Under the pieces are notes generated by a model. The model searched no databases and was not told where the DNA came from. It was given only the letters and a program-made list of their open reading frames with translations. From Longimicrobiales bacterium (GTDB lineage: Bacteria; Gemmatimonadota; Gemmatimonadetes; Longimicrobiales; Gaopeijiaceae), in assembly GCA_965202805.1 (NCBI GenBank), contig OZ241869.1, forward strand, positions 2,976,001-3,040,000: 64,000 bases of DNA, given 5' to 3'. Within the stretch, counting starts at the first letter, position 1, and every line of letters begins with the position of its first letter. Below are positions 46,572 to 60,682 of this stretch, one piece after another. A program made the translations under genes and the position numbers.

Positions 46572-49500
46572 TGCACCTGTCGAACGGGAATCGCACTCGC
46601 ACTTGACGCAGGGACAAGTGTACGGCAGTCGCGAGCGGTACCACCAGCCCGCCCGGCGGTTGCGATCCACTTCACGAGGTGAGTGCCATGACCCGCGTGT
46701 TCCTCTTCGTCGCCACCCTCGTCCTCGTCGCGGCGGCGGATGCGCCGCTGGCGGGGCAGCAGCTCACGCCCGAGCAGTACGAGGGTCTCCGGGCCCGCCA
46801 CATCGGACCCGTCGGCTTCCGCGTCTCGTCGGTGGCCGGCGCCCCCGGCGACCCATCGACCTACTTCGCCGGCGCCGCGACCGGCGGCATCTGGAAGACG
46901 GACGACGCCGGGCTGCACTGGCGGCCCGTGTTCGACGATCAGCCGGTGCACTCGATCGGCGGCCTTGCGGTGGCTTCGAGCGACCACTCCATCGTGTGGG
47001 CAGGCACCGGCGAGACCTCGATCCGCTCGAACGTCTCGATCGGAAACGGGGTCTGGAAGTCGACGGACGGCGGCGAGAGCTGGACCCACATGGGTCTCGA
47101 GGGGACCGGTCGCGTGGGGCGGATCCTCATCCACCCGGCCGACGCGGACATCGTCTACGTCGCGGCGCTTGGCCACGCCTACGCGGAGTCCGAAGCGCGC
47201 GGCGTGTACCGTACGAGCGACGGCGGCGCCTCCTGGGAGAGGATCCTGTTCGTGGATCCGGGCACCGGCGCCTACGACATGGTCATGGATCCCGCCAACC
47301 CGCGGAAGATCTTCGCCACCATGTGGGACATCGATCTCAAGACCTGGAAGCGCGACAGCGGGGGACCGGGGAGCGGACTCCACCTGACGATGGACGGCGG
47401 CGACACGTGGACCGAACTCGAGGGGAACGGTCTCCCGACCGGGACGCTCGGCAAGATCGCCGTCTGCATGTCCGCCTCGGACTCCGACCGGGTGTACGCC
47501 CTCATCGAAACGAGCGACGGCGTGCCCATGGAGGGCTACGAGACGGACACGGGCGAACTGTGGCGCAGCGATGACGGCGGCCGGAGGTGGCGGCTGGTGA
47601 ACCACAGCCACAACCTCGCGACGCGTCAGGCGTACTACACGCGCTGCGGCGTATCGTCGGACGATCCGGACGAGGTCTACTTCCTCTCCTCCAGCTTCGC
47701 CGTGAGCCGCGACGGCGGCGAGAGCTACACGCTGTATCACTTCCTGCGCGGCCCGTACGGTCGCCAGCCTTCCTCTCCCGGCTACGACCACCACGACATC
47801 TGGATCGATCCCGAGGATCCGGACCGGGCCATCATCGGCGGAGACATGGGCGTGCACATCACCGAGAACGGGATGGCGTCCTGGTTTCGGGTCCAGCTGC
47901 CGGTCGCGCAGTCCTACCACGTGACGGTGGACAACGCGATCCCCTACAACGTGATGGGGAACCTGCAGGACGGACCCTCCGTGCACGGGCCTTCGAACAC
48001 GCGCTACCAGGGGTTCTGGACGACGGGGATCATCCCGCGTGGCGACTGGATCAGCGTGGGCGGCGGCGAGAGCGGCTTTGCCACCCCCGACCCGACCGAC
48101 CCCGACGTGATCTGGTCCACCGCCTCCGGGTCCGGCGCGCGGGGCGGGATCGTCACCCGGCACGAACTGTCGCGCGGCCAGTTCCGCCAGGTGGAGGTCT
48201 GGCCCGAGTCCACCGGCGGACACCCCGCGGAGGCGCTGCGCTACCGCTTCCAGTGGACCTTTCCGCTCCTCATCTCGCCGCACGACAACGAGACGATCTA
48301 CGTCACGAGCCAGCATGTGCACCGCACGCGCAACCGGGGGCAGAGCTGGGAGGTGATCAGCCCGGATCTCTCCACGAACGACCGGTCGCGGATGACGATC
48401 TCCGGCGGCCTCACGCCCGACAACATCGGCGTGGAGTATTGCTGCGTGATCTACGCCTTCGACGAGTCGCCCCTCGAGCAGGGGGTGTTCTGGGCGGGCA
48501 CGAACGACGGACTCCTCCACCTGAGCCGCGACGACGGCCAGACGTGGACGAACGTCACCGCGAACATCCCCGATCTTCCGCCGGACGGGGTGGTGCGGAG
48601 CATCGACGCCTCCCGCTACGACGTGGCCAGGGCCTACATCACGATCGAGCACCACCAGGTCGGCGACTTCGAGGCGCGCGCCTACAGGACGGATGACTTC
48701 GGCGCCACGTGGACCCGGATCACCGGCGGGGTGGACAACCATCCCGTCGACTACACGCGCTATCTGCTCGAGGACCCCGTGCGGCCCGGACTCCTGTATC
48801 TGGGTACCGAGTCGAGTCTCTACCTCAGCTATGACGATGGGGAGAGCTGGCAGAGGTTCATGCCGAACCTGCCCCCGACGCCCTACTACGGGCTCGTCGT
48901 GCAGGAACACTTCAACGACCTCGTGGCCGGGACCTACGGGCGCGGCTACTGGATCCTCGACGATCTGAGCCCCATCCAGCAGCTGACGCCGGAGATCGCG
49001 GCCTCCGCCGCGCATCTGTTCGAGCTCCGCGACGCCTACCGCTTCAACCCGACCGCCGAGCCCATGATCATGTTCGCCGATCCCTCGGCAGGGGAGAACC
49101 CGCCCAACGGGGCGTCGATCAACTACTGGCTCGGGCGCGGTGGGGAGCCGGACGTGCAGCTGCGCATCGAGACTGCAGCCGGCGAGCCAGTGGCCAGCCT
49201 GGAGGGTACGGCGCACGAAGGGTTCAACCGCGTGTGGTGGGACTACCGGGGACCGGGTCCGAGACCGATGCTCTTCAGGACGAAGCCGCTCCATGCGGAG
49301 TGGTTCCCCCTGCCGGAGGTCGCCCGCGCGAGCGGTGGGCCCGGGGGTACCGGGCCGCGGGAGCCACCCGGCACCTACACGGTCGTGCTGGTCGTCGACG
49401 AAGAAGTAGTCGGACGGCGGCCGTTGACGGTGCTACGGGATCCGAATTCCGAGGGCTCGATGGCCGACATCCTCGCACAGAAGGCGCTGCTCGACGAGAT

Positions 49501-49926
49501 CGTCGCGGACCGGAACCGCGCGGCCGACATCGTGAACCGGATCGAACTCCTGCGGCGCCAGATCCTTGACCTGCGCCCCGTGCTCGAGGAGGCGGGCGAC
49601 GCCCGGGAGGTGCTCGACGCGGGCGAGGCGCTCGACGAGTCGCTCGTCGAGGTGGAGAGCGAGCTGGTCCAGCTCAGGAACACCGGGCCGGACGGGGCGC
49701 GGTGGCCGTCGATGATCGCCGGTCGGCTGTCCTACCTGCAGGGCGCGGTTGAGACGGCCGACTTCCCGCCCACCGACCAGCACGCGGAGGTCGCGCAGAT
49801 CCTGAGCGACCGGATCGACGAGGTGGAGGTGCGGCTGCAGGCCGTTCTGGCCGGGGAACTGGCCGAGTTCAACCGGATGCTCCAGGAGAGATTGGGGCGC
49901 GTCATCACGACGGACCAGGGACCCGT

Positions 49927-53744
<3,818 letters not shown>

Positions 53745-53760
53745 GGTCAGGCCCTCCGCG

Positions 53761-56100
53761 TCACAGCCTGTCGCCGCTTCCCGGCTCGGGCATGCGGTAG
53801 CCGACGCCGCGCTGGGTGACGATGTAGGCGGGGCTGGCCGCGTCGTCGCCGAGCTTGTGGCGAAGCTTCTTGACGTAGGTGCGCACCGGGCCGGGGTTTT
53901 GGTCGCCGCGCTTGTGCCACACGGCGCGCAGCAGCCGGTCGTGGGTGAGCACGCGTCCGGCGTTCTGTGAAAGCACACGAAGCAGCTCGTACTCGGTGGC
54001 GGTCAGTTCGACCTCGCGGCCTGCGACAGTCACGCGGCGCTGGTCGTAGCGGACGCCGAGTTCGCCGAGCGCAAAGGCCTCGGGGCGGTCGCGCCGCCTG
54101 AGCGCCGCGCGGATCCGGGCCACGAGTTCGGTCGGCGAGAATGGCTTGACGACGTAGTCGGCCGCCCCGAGTTCGAGTGCCCTGGCGATGGCCTCGTCGT
54201 TGCCGTAGCTCAGGATGAAGATCACCGGCAGTTCGGCGAGTGCGGGGATCCGCTTCATGAGGTCGATGCCGTCGGTATCGGGCAGCATCAGGTCGAGCAG
54301 GACGAGATCGGGCCTTTCGGCCTCGATCAGGCGCACCAGCTCCCGCGGTTCGCCCGTCAGCACCGCGGTCCAGCCTGCGCGGGCGAGTGCGTCGCGCATG
54401 AAGCGCAGCATCAGCGGGTCGTCGTCCAGCACGAGCACGCGCCTGCGCTCGCGCCCTCGTGGCGCTGACCGCTCCGGGCCGCCCGCGCGCGGCGCCACCG
54501 TGGCTTCGTCTCCGGCCGCCGGGAGGGTGAACGTGAAGCGCGCGCCGAGGCCCGCCCCGGCGCTCTCGGCGCTGATGCGTCCGCCGTGCGCCTCGACAAG
54601 CCCCTTCGAGATCGCGAGCCCGAGCCCCGTGCCTCCCTGGAGGCCGGTGCGCTTGCGGAACAGGCGTGGGAGCTCGCCGGGCGCGATGCCGCGCCCCTCG
54701 TCGGAGACCGAGATCGCGACGTGGGCGCCGTCGCGCGCCGCCTCGACCCGGATCGGCGACGAGCCTGACCCGTGCTGCACGGCGTTGGAGAAGAGATTGT
54801 TCAGCACCTGCACGACGCGCTCGCGGTCGGCCATCGCGTGCGGCAGGCCGGGCGGTAGCTCGACGAGCACGGGGTGGCCGCTCCCGCCGCTCAGGAACGT
54901 GGTCCGGGCGCGGTCGACGAGCGCGGCCACGCTGGTCGGCTCGGGCACCACGGTGAGCGTGCCCGCCTCGATGCTGCCCGCGTCCAGCAGGTTCGCGATC
55001 AGGCCGCGCATGTGGTTGGCCTGCGTGTCGATGAGGCGGAAGAACTCGAGCATCTCCGCCCGGGGCGCGGTCGACGAGGCCCCGAGCACGGTCCCCGCCG
55101 ATCCCTTGATCGACGCGAGCGGAGCGCGGAGTTCGTGGCTCACCATCCTCAGGAACTCCGCCCGCTGCCGCTCGAGCTCCTCGAACGGCGCCAGGTCCTG
55201 CAACGTCACGACGACCGAGATCAGCTCCCCCTCCCCGGAATGGATCGGCGTCAGGTTCATCAGCGCCCGCACGCTCCGCCCGTCCGGCACCGACAACTCG
55301 ATCTCCTCGGCCCGCTCCGGAGCTGCGTCCTCGAGCAGGCTGGCCAGCGAATCATCCGCGAGCGACTCCGCTTGCCCGCGCCAGCGGCGCCACGTGAGCA
55401 CGTCCAGAAGCTGCTCCGGCGGGGAGCCCGGCGTGCGGATGGGCTCGACGATGCGCAGCGCCTCCCGGTTCACCGACGACGGCTCCGAGCTTCCGGCTTC
55501 GAACACCACGACGCCCACCGGCGAGGTCTCGACCAGCGCCTCCAGGTCCGCGCGCGCCCGCTCGACCTCGCGGTGCGTGTGCGCGTTCGCGATCGCGGCG
55601 GCCGCCTGCGAGGCGAAGAGCACCAGGATCTCCTCGTCCTCGTCCGAGAACGCCTCGCCGTTCTCCTTGTCGCCCACAAAGAAGTGACCGAGATGCTCGC
55701 CCCGGTGGCGCATCGGAGCGCCCAGCAGCGTGAGCGTGGTGCGCGGGGCCGGAGAAAAGCCGAGCGACTCGATGTAGTCGGGAAGATTCGCCAGCTGGAA
55801 GGGTTGCCCGATGTCGCGCAGGTGCTCGAACAGCCGCAGCCCGTCGGGCCACGCTTCCAGCGCCTCCAACTCCTCGGCCGGCAGGCCCGAGGTCAGGAAA
55901 TCCACGGGCCCGCCCTCTTCGTCGACCGTCGTGATCACGCACTTGCCCGCCCCGATCAGCGCGCGTGCGCTGTCGGCCACCTCCTGAAGAACCGTGTCAA
56001 GGTCCAGGCTCGAGTTGATGCGCAGCACCGTGTCGCTCAGTCGCGCGAAACGGGCCCTCAGCGACCGGTTCTCCCGCCGCAGTTCGCGCAGCTCGTCCAT
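53761..56100 (-). CDS. Hybrid GAF-PAS-histidine kinase-receiver-winged helix protein
   Basis: F..EDEEIL GAF; SHELRAPL H-box; NLFSNA, DEGRG, GTGLGL; LLDLMLP receiver; LTATEYELL..RGVGY wHTH; start may be 56139. Confidence 0.9.
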   Translation of the reverse strand: MDELRELRRENRSLRARFARLSDTVLRINSSLDLDTVLQEVADSARALIGAGKCVITTVDEEGGPVDFLTSGLPAEELEALEAWPDGLRLFEHLRDIGQPFQLANLPDYIESLGFSPAPRTTLTLLGAPMRHRGEHLGHFFVGDKENGEAFSDEDEEILVLFASQAAAAIANAHTHREVERARADLEALVETSPVGVVVFEAGSSEPSSVNREALRIVEPIRTPGSPPEQLLDVLTWRRWRGQAESLADDSLASLLEDAAPERAEEIELSVPDGRSVRALMNLTPIHSGEGELISVVVTLQDLAPFEELERQRAEFLRMVSHELRAPLASIKGSAGTVLGASSTAPRAEMLEFFRLIDTQANHMRGLIANLLDAGSIEAGTLTVVPEPTSVAALVDRARTTFLSGGSGHPVLVELPPGLPHAMADRERVVQVLNNLFSNAVQHGSGSSPIRVEAARDGAHVAISVSDEGRGIAPGELPRLFRKRTGLQGGTGLGLAISKGLVEAHGGRISAESAGAGLGARFTFTLPAAGDEATVAPRAGGPERSAPRGRERRRVLVLDDDPLMLRFMRDALARAGWTAVLTGEPRELVRLIEAERPDLVLLDLMLPDTDGIDLMKRIPALAELPVIFILSYGNDEAIARALELGAADYVVKPFSPTELVARIRAALRRRDRPEAFALGELGVRYDQRRVTVAGREVELTATEYELLRVLSQNAGRVLTHDRLLRAVWHKRGDQNPGPVRTYVKKLRHKLGDDAASPAYIVTQRGVGYRMPEPGSGDRL

Positions 56101-56164
56101 CGGCCCCTCCCACGTTCTCAGTGCGGGATCGGCCCGCATGTCGTCACTACACCATATCGGCAAT

Positions 56165-59100
56165 CTACCGCCGCCAGGCCTGAGCACCCGGCACCCCCCG
56201 GCTGAAGAGCACCTCGACGCTCGATCCGGCGCCGCCCGGCGCCGCGGCCGCGGCCACCTGGTTGTCGGGCGGCGGGTCGCGCAGGATACCCCGTACCTGT
56301 CCGTTGCGGGGATTGCGCAGGATTGCCATCGGGAGATCGGTCTCGCTGTCCAGGGTGACGGAACCGCCCGGTCCGTCGAGCGTGATCGTCGCGAGACTGC
56401 CCTCCCATCCCGGCTGCACCGGCAGCACGAAGGCGAAGCTGGAGCTGCCGTCCCCGTCGGCCACCTCGGGCATGGCGAAGGCCAGGGAGAAGAGCTCGCT
56501 TCCATCGCCGGAACGCCCCACGAGCCGGTAATCGCCGCCGGACCGTGGCAGCGATGCCGGTGCGTCAACCACGAAGGCGGGTTCCAGATAGGGCACGGCG
56601 TCCGAGCCGATTCCGCCCCACAGGAGGAGGGATCCGGCCGCCGTGGAGGCCAGTGGCGGCGCGCGCAGCGCCACGCTGTCGGCTTCGCTCAGGCGGAAGC
56701 GCAGCGCGTTGGTGAAGTGGTAGTCGCTGGTCCAGTCGGGGGGCCCGCAATAGGACATGAGTTCAGCGGTCGAGGGGCGCACCAGCCGGCCGCCGTCGCG
56801 GAAGTCGTAGCCCCACGCCCCGATGGACCCGTCGGGGTACGGGAACGACGGATCGGGGCCGCCGGCGCCGCCGCAGGGCGCATGGCGCAGATCGAGGTTG
56901 TGGCCGAGTTCGTGGGCGATGATGTCCGGCCTGGGGAACGAGAAATTCGACCTGCCGGGCCGATAGGCCACTCCGCCCGCACCGGTGATCGGCCTCCCCA
57001 TCATGCCCATGTAGTGCCCCGTGCCGCCCTCCATCGCCCGAATCGCCGCGGCCTGTCGAAGCAGCACGAACGCGCTGTTGCTTGAGCTCAGCACGGGTTC
57101 GTGCGCCTTCACCCGCATCTCGCCGATCGGAAGAAGATGCATGTCGCCGAACATCTCGTGGCTCTCGGGGTCCTCGGCCATCGCCCGGGTCACGTGCACC
57201 ATCGACGAGTCGTGGGTCGCGCTCCACACGAACGGAATCAGCGTCAGGTCGAAGGGCGGCATCTCGCGGACATCCACCTCCAGACGTCCCGTCTCGGGGA
57301 TTCGCTTCGCCACGCCCAACTGCGGGTCCAGCGTACCCTCCGGATCCACCTCGATCACCATCTCGAGCCCCGGCTGCACCACACGGCCCGGGATTTCGGC
57401 GTTCGCCGAGTTCGACAGGCTGCTCTCGTCCACTTCGGTCGGAATCGGCGTGGAGGTGCCCGGGATCTCCGCCACATGCGTCTCCCGGTCGGCGCCGTAG
57501 AAGCGGATCCGAACCGGCGGAATGCCCGCGCTGCCGGCCCGCCGGGCCGTGACGAACACCCGCAGCAGCGCCTCCCTGCCCGCGACCAGCGGAACCGGGA
57601 ATGTTCGCGACTGGACCGCCTGAACCAGATAGGCCGCAGCCGGAGCTGCTTCGACGCAGGGTGCGATGCGGCGCCTGTAGACGCCCGCAAGCCAGTTCCG
57701 GAAGACAGGATCCGCGGGAGCGCACAGGCCGGTTTCTTCGGCTACCAGCGCATCGAGCCGCAATTCGGTCAGTTCGACCGGAAGGGCCCCCGACAGACCG
57801 CCGTTGAACGACAACCCCAGTTCCCGAAGGCTCGACATGCTCCCGAATTCGGGGGGTAGCGCGCCCTCGAGGTCATTGTAGTCCAGAAACAAGGCTCCCA
57901 CGGTCGAGAGGTTGCCGAGTTCGGCGGGGATCGTGCCGGAGAGCTCGTTCGTCGCCAGGTTGAGCCATTCGAGGACTGGAAGGTTGCCCAGTTCCGGCGG
58001 GATGGAACCCGTGAGCCGGTTTTCGCCCAACGACAGGATCCGGAGGCTGTCGAGGCTGGCGAGCTGAGCCGGGATCTGACCCGTCAGATCGTTGTTCCTC
58101 AGCCGAAGCTGCTCGAGGCTGGCGAGATCGCCGAGCACGGCTGGAATCATGCCCGTGAGATCGTTGCTCCAGAGATTCAGTGCGGTGAGGCTGGTGAGGT
58201 TGACGAACGCCGACGGGATCTCGCCCGTCAGATTGTTTCCCCAGAGAGACAGCGTCGTGAGGTTGGCGAGGTTGCCGAGTTCGGCGGGGATCCGGCCGCT
58301 GAGATCGTTGTCGCTGAGATACAGGTGCGTCAGGCTGGCGAAGTCGCCGAATCCGGGCGGAATGGGGCCCGTCAGGCGGTTGCCCCAAAGAGACAGCTCT
58401 CTCAGGTTGGCGCGGCTGCCCATGTTGGCGAGGTTGCCGAGTTCCGTCGGGATCGGGCCCGTGAGTCTGTTGTCGCTGAGGTAGAGGTGCGTGAGGTTGA
58501 CGAGGTTGCCGAGTTCCGTCGGTATGGGGCCCGTCAGTCTGTTCCCCCAGAGATACAGTCCCGTCAGGCTGGCGAGATTGCCGAGCTCTTCGGGGATTTC
58601 TCCGGCAAGTGCGTTTCCGCCGAGTGCCAGAACGGTGAGGCGGGTGAGCCGGCCGAGTTCGAGCGGGATGGCCCCGGTCAGGTTGTTTCTCGTAAGGCCC
58701 AGGTACCCCAGTTGGGCGAGGTTGCCGAGCTCCGTCGGGATCGGGCCGGAGAGATGGTTGAGTCCGAGATCCAGGGAAGCCAGATAGGGGAGGTTTCCCA
58801 GTTCGCGGGGAATCGAACCCGAAAGGCCGTGGGGTATCGGCACCTGGGCTTCGCCGTCCCACCGGCCGCTCAGATCGACATCCACGACCCGTCCGGCCGG
58901 GTTGGTCGCCACGCCGTACCACTCCGCCAGGGGCGCGTCGGTCAGCCAGTTGCTGGCGTCGCTCCAGTTCGGGCCGTCCGTCGCGTTGTAGAGCGCCTCG
59001 AGCACCAGCCGGTCCGGGCTGTCCAGTACCACCACCGTTGCACGGCCCGACGCGGACCCGGCCGCGGCCGTGATCGTGGCCGTGCCGTTGGCGACCGCCG

Positions 59101-59386
59101 TCACCAGCCCCGACCCATCCACCGACGCCACCAACTCGTCGCTGCTCGACCAGGCAACTGCGACGTCGGCCATCACCTGGGCCCACTGGTCGCGGACCCG
59201 CGCGCTGAGCTGGACGGTCGCGCCCTGGACTGCCAGCCGGGCGTGTTGGGGGAGGACCGAGATCACCGTCGGCCGCGGCGGATCGCGGGGCGGGGGTTCC
59301 GTGGCCCCGTCCCCGCACGCATATGCCCACAGTGCGGCGGACAGCGTCGCCGCGACGGCAGGAAGAGGCCGGGGACGCCTGATCAC
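56165..59386 (-). CDS. Lipoprotein with Ig-like (Big_2), plant-type LRR and M66-like metallopeptidase domains
   Basis: AYAC lipobox; WSSSD..VASVDGSGLVTA; about 15 LxGxIPxELGNL repeats; HELGHNLDLRHAPC. Confidence 0.88.
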   Translation of the reverse strand: MIRRPRPLPAVAATLSAALWAYACGDGATEPPPRDPPRPTVISVLPQHARLAVQGATVQLSARVRDQWAQVMADVAVAWSSSDELVASVDGSGLVTAVANGTATITAAAGSASGRATVVVLDSPDRLVLEALYNATDGPNWSDASNWLTDAPLAEWYGVATNPAGRVVDVDLSGRWDGEAQVPIPHGLSGSIPRELGNLPYLASLDLGLNHLSGPIPTELGNLAQLGYLGLTRNNLTGAIPLELGRLTRLTVLALGGNALAGEIPEELGNLASLTGLYLWGNRLTGPIPTELGNLVNLTHLYLSDNRLTGPIPTELGNLANMGSRANLRELSLWGNRLTGPIPPGFGDFASLTHLYLSDNDLSGRIPAELGNLANLTTLSLWGNNLTGEIPSAFVNLTSLTALNLWSNDLTGMIPAVLGDLASLEQLRLRNNDLTGQIPAQLASLDSLRILSLGENRLTGSIPPELGNLPVLEWLNLATNELSGTIPAELGNLSTVGALFLDYNDLEGALPPEFGSMSSLRELGLSFNGGLSGALPVELTELRLDALVAEETGLCAPADPVFRNWLAGVYRRRIAPCVEAAPAAAYLVQAVQSRTFPVPLVAGREALLRVFVTARRAGSAGIPPVRIRFYGADRETHVAEIPGTSTPIPTEVDESSLSNSANAEIPGRVVQPGLEMVIEVDPEGTLDPQLGVAKRIPETGRLEVDVREMPPFDLTLIPFVWSATHDSSMVHVTRAMAEDPESHEMFGDMHLLPIGEMRVKAHEPVLSSSNSAFVLLRQAAAIRAMEGGTGHYMGMMGRPITGAGGVAYRPGRSNFSFPRPDIIAHELGHNLDLRHAPCGGAGGPDPSFPYPDGSIGAWGYDFRDGGRLVRPSTAELMSYCGPPDWTSDYHFTNALRFRLSEADSVALRAPPLASTAAGSLLLWGGIGSDAVPYLEPAFVVDAPASLPRSGGDYRLVGRSGDGSELFSLAFAMPEVADGDGSSSFAFVLPVQPGWEGSLATITLDGPGGSVTLDSETDLPMAILRNPRNGQVRGILRDPPPDNQVAAAAAPGGAGSSVEVLFSRGVPGAQAWRR

Positions 59387-59477
59387 CGATCGTCCGGGAC
59401 ACGGCGTCGAGCTGGTGGCGCGCCGACTCGCACGGGGCTCGTTCGTCCCTCCGGATGGCTGCTGCCCCTTCGGATGC

Positions 59478-60554
59478 CTACCCCGCCGTCCCGTCCAGCA
59501 ACTCGAACATGCGCTGCATGGCGATCTCCACGACCCCCGGCCCGATGATCTGCGGGTAGTTGTCGGCGTGGTCGGTCATGTCGATCTGTACCGCGGCCTC
59601 CTGGTAGGAGAGCCCCTGCGCGTGCAGCGCCGTGGCCCGCTCCTCGAAGTCGCGCAGGTAGGCCTGCAGATGGTCGATGCGCTCGCGGTCCTGGAAAGGA
59701 TCCCCGTGGCCGGGAAGGATCCAGTCGAACTCAAGCCCCTTCAGGTGCTCGAGCGTCTCGGCCCACTCGCCCGGATAGCCGTCGCCCATGAAGGGCAGCC
59801 GCGGGAGGAGGAGGTCGCCCGTGATGAGGACCCGCTCGGCCGGCAGATGCACGACGACATCACCCCCCGTGTGTCCGCGCCCGAAGAAGAGGATGCGCAT
59901 CTCGCGGCCGCCGGCGAAGAGCGTCATCCGCTCCGAGAGCGTGGTGTTGGGGCTCTCCGGCTCCAACCCCTCCTGGCTCGCGTAATAGTTCTCCAGGAAC
60001 GCGAGCCGGTCCTCGAGTTCGATGCGCTCCTCCTCGATGTCGGTGCGCATGACCAGGTCCGCAAGCTCGGCGATCTGGTCCGGGATCCCGCCCACGAAGT
60101 TCTCCCAGGAACGGCCCATGGACCCGCCGTTCTCGATCATCTCGCGCGTGAACTCGTGCCCGATGACCTGGACCTCGTCCGGGTAGGCGCTGTTGCCGTG
60201 GGCATGGTCGAAGTGGAAGTGCGTGTTGACCACGTAGCGCAGGGGCTTGCCGGTCAGCTCCATGACTTCGTCGTGCGCTGCACGCGCCGCCGCCGGAGAG
60301 ATGTGCGACTCGACCAGGAGCACGTGGTCGTCGTTGACCACCAACGCTCCGTGGGATCCGACGTTCAGCGCCCCGGTTCCGCGTGCGTGGAAGACGCCGG
60401 GCACGATTTCCTCGAATTCGAAGGCGGGCCCCTCGTAGATGGAACCCGGGGGCAAGGGCGTTTCAGCTGAAACGCCCGGCTCCTGGGCGGCCTCGGGGGC
60501 TTCGGCGCACGTCCAGACGAAAAGGCAGAGGAGAAGGGCGGCGAGGTAGCGCAT
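59478..60554 (-). CDS. Exported MBL-fold metallohydrolase (cyclase-like)
   Basis: NTHFHFDHAHG, GHTGGD, TGDL, PGHG. Confidence 0.88.
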   Translation of the reverse strand: MRYLAALLLCLFVWTCAEAPEAAQEPGVSAETPLPPGSIYEGPAFEFEEIVPGVFHARGTGALNVGSHGALVVNDDHVLLVESHISPAAARAAHDEVMELTGKPLRYVVNTHFHFDHAHGNSAYPDEVQVIGHEFTREMIENGGSMGRSWENFVGGIPDQIAELADLVMRTDIEEERIELEDRLAFLENYYASQEGLEPESPNTTLSERMTLFAGGREMRILFFGRGHTGGDVVVHLPAERVLITGDLLLPRLPFMGDGYPGEWAETLEHLKGLEFDWILPGHGDPFQDRERIDHLQAYLRDFEERATALHAQGLSYQEAAVQIDMTDHADNYPQIIGPGVVEIAMQRMFELLDGTAG

Positions 60555-60682
60555 GGGGTTCTTCCTGTGGTTCGGGGGGTGCCTCTCGGGCCAGAATCCG
60601 ACGCCTGGCCGGTCACGGCAAACTGACGTCTTCTCCGCGCGCCAAAGGGCGTCGGTCACGGGAGAGTCTCGGCACTGGCTGT

